Assembly: GCA_036172245.1 (NCBI GenBank)
Contig: JAYWIR010000053.1
Span: 434,001 to 498,000 of the forward strand
Length of the DNA: 64,000 nt
From: Raillietiella orientalis
Taxonomy: Eukaryota
Direction: 5' to 3'
The position numbers and the translations under genes are program-made. Below the pieces are notes generated by a model. The model was not told where the DNA came from. It searched no databases and was given only the letters and a program-made list of their open reading frames with translations. Positions 63,401 to 64,000 of the stretch are shown here, piece after piece (the stretch's first letter is position 1; the number at the start of each line of letters is the position of its first letter).

Positions 63401-64000
63401 TTCAGCTCGTCAGAGGCACCGGTGGTTGTCCTCCTCCCAGAGCATCGTCCGGAGACCTCGGCCGACTTGCAGAAGGGCGAGCGTCCAGCGTGAGGTCCCG
63501 ACATTTGCTTCGGAACGCCGCGGACTGTAAGGTCAATCCCGTGTCCTCAGGTCGTATGGGTCTAGAATGCACTGCTCCGAGAGCACAGCCTGGAGCTCTC
63601 TCCCCAATGCCACCCTCCCGCCTCCCGCTGGCATCGAGTTCTGCCTACTTGGCGCTTGCCCCGCCCGCGCTGGTGCAGGCGCACCTCTAGAGACGGAGAA
63701 CCCATCCTCGGCACACTGAGTGTGGCCTTGCCTCTTTCAGACCCACTGTCCGTGGGAGCAGGCCACGCTCCAGAGCGATTGCCTGCTTTCGCAAGACCAC
63801 GGGCCACTGGTCCGTTCCACTCGCAGTTCGGCAGTCACCCCCGAGCTGTGATCGCAGTCTTTGAAGATTTTTGGTCAGGGGGGCTCCTTTCCGCACCACA
63901 GGCATCCTCCCGTCGCTGGTGGGCGACTCCCGCAGCGGTAGCCTCCCAGATCGAAGTGCCTTCCATCTGATACAGGCCACGCTCCAGCGCGACGCTCTCC

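Noticed and set aside
1..64000. CRISPR array, tRNA, rRNA or prokaryotic defence system
   Set aside because: No regularly spaced repeats or RNA-gene signatures seen. Spliced genes and LINEs show the DNA is eukaryotic.

Overview
Eukaryotic genomic DNA, probably animal and arthropod-like (inferred from protein similarity and intron style). Five spliced protein-coding genes can be rebuilt by hand with in-frame GT-AG junctions: API5 (+, 8938-11113), a CHIC1/2-like gene (-, 11178-11925, tail-to-tail with API5), an OFD1-like gene (+, 21307-29768), COMMD5 (+, 29982-33246, no local start codon) and a non-catalytic, membrane-anchored cholinesterase-like protein (-, 37585-39668). Most introns are very short (41-62 nt). 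The rest is largely decayed non-LTR retrotransposon sequence: several L1/Tx1-like copies plus many weak RT, APE and RTE-like remnants. There is also a 199-bp-arm inverted repeat at 44070-44826. Base composition shifts from AT-rich/CpG-poor to GC-rich/CpG-rich inside OFD1 intron 1. The most interesting candidates are the OFD1/COMMD5 locus (shared first exon or in-frame fusion) and two head-to-head Tx1 pairs with outward-facing 3' ends. I recognised no tRNA, rRNA or CRISPR array. Homology calls come from remembered family motifs, not database searches, and most TE boundaries are approximate.
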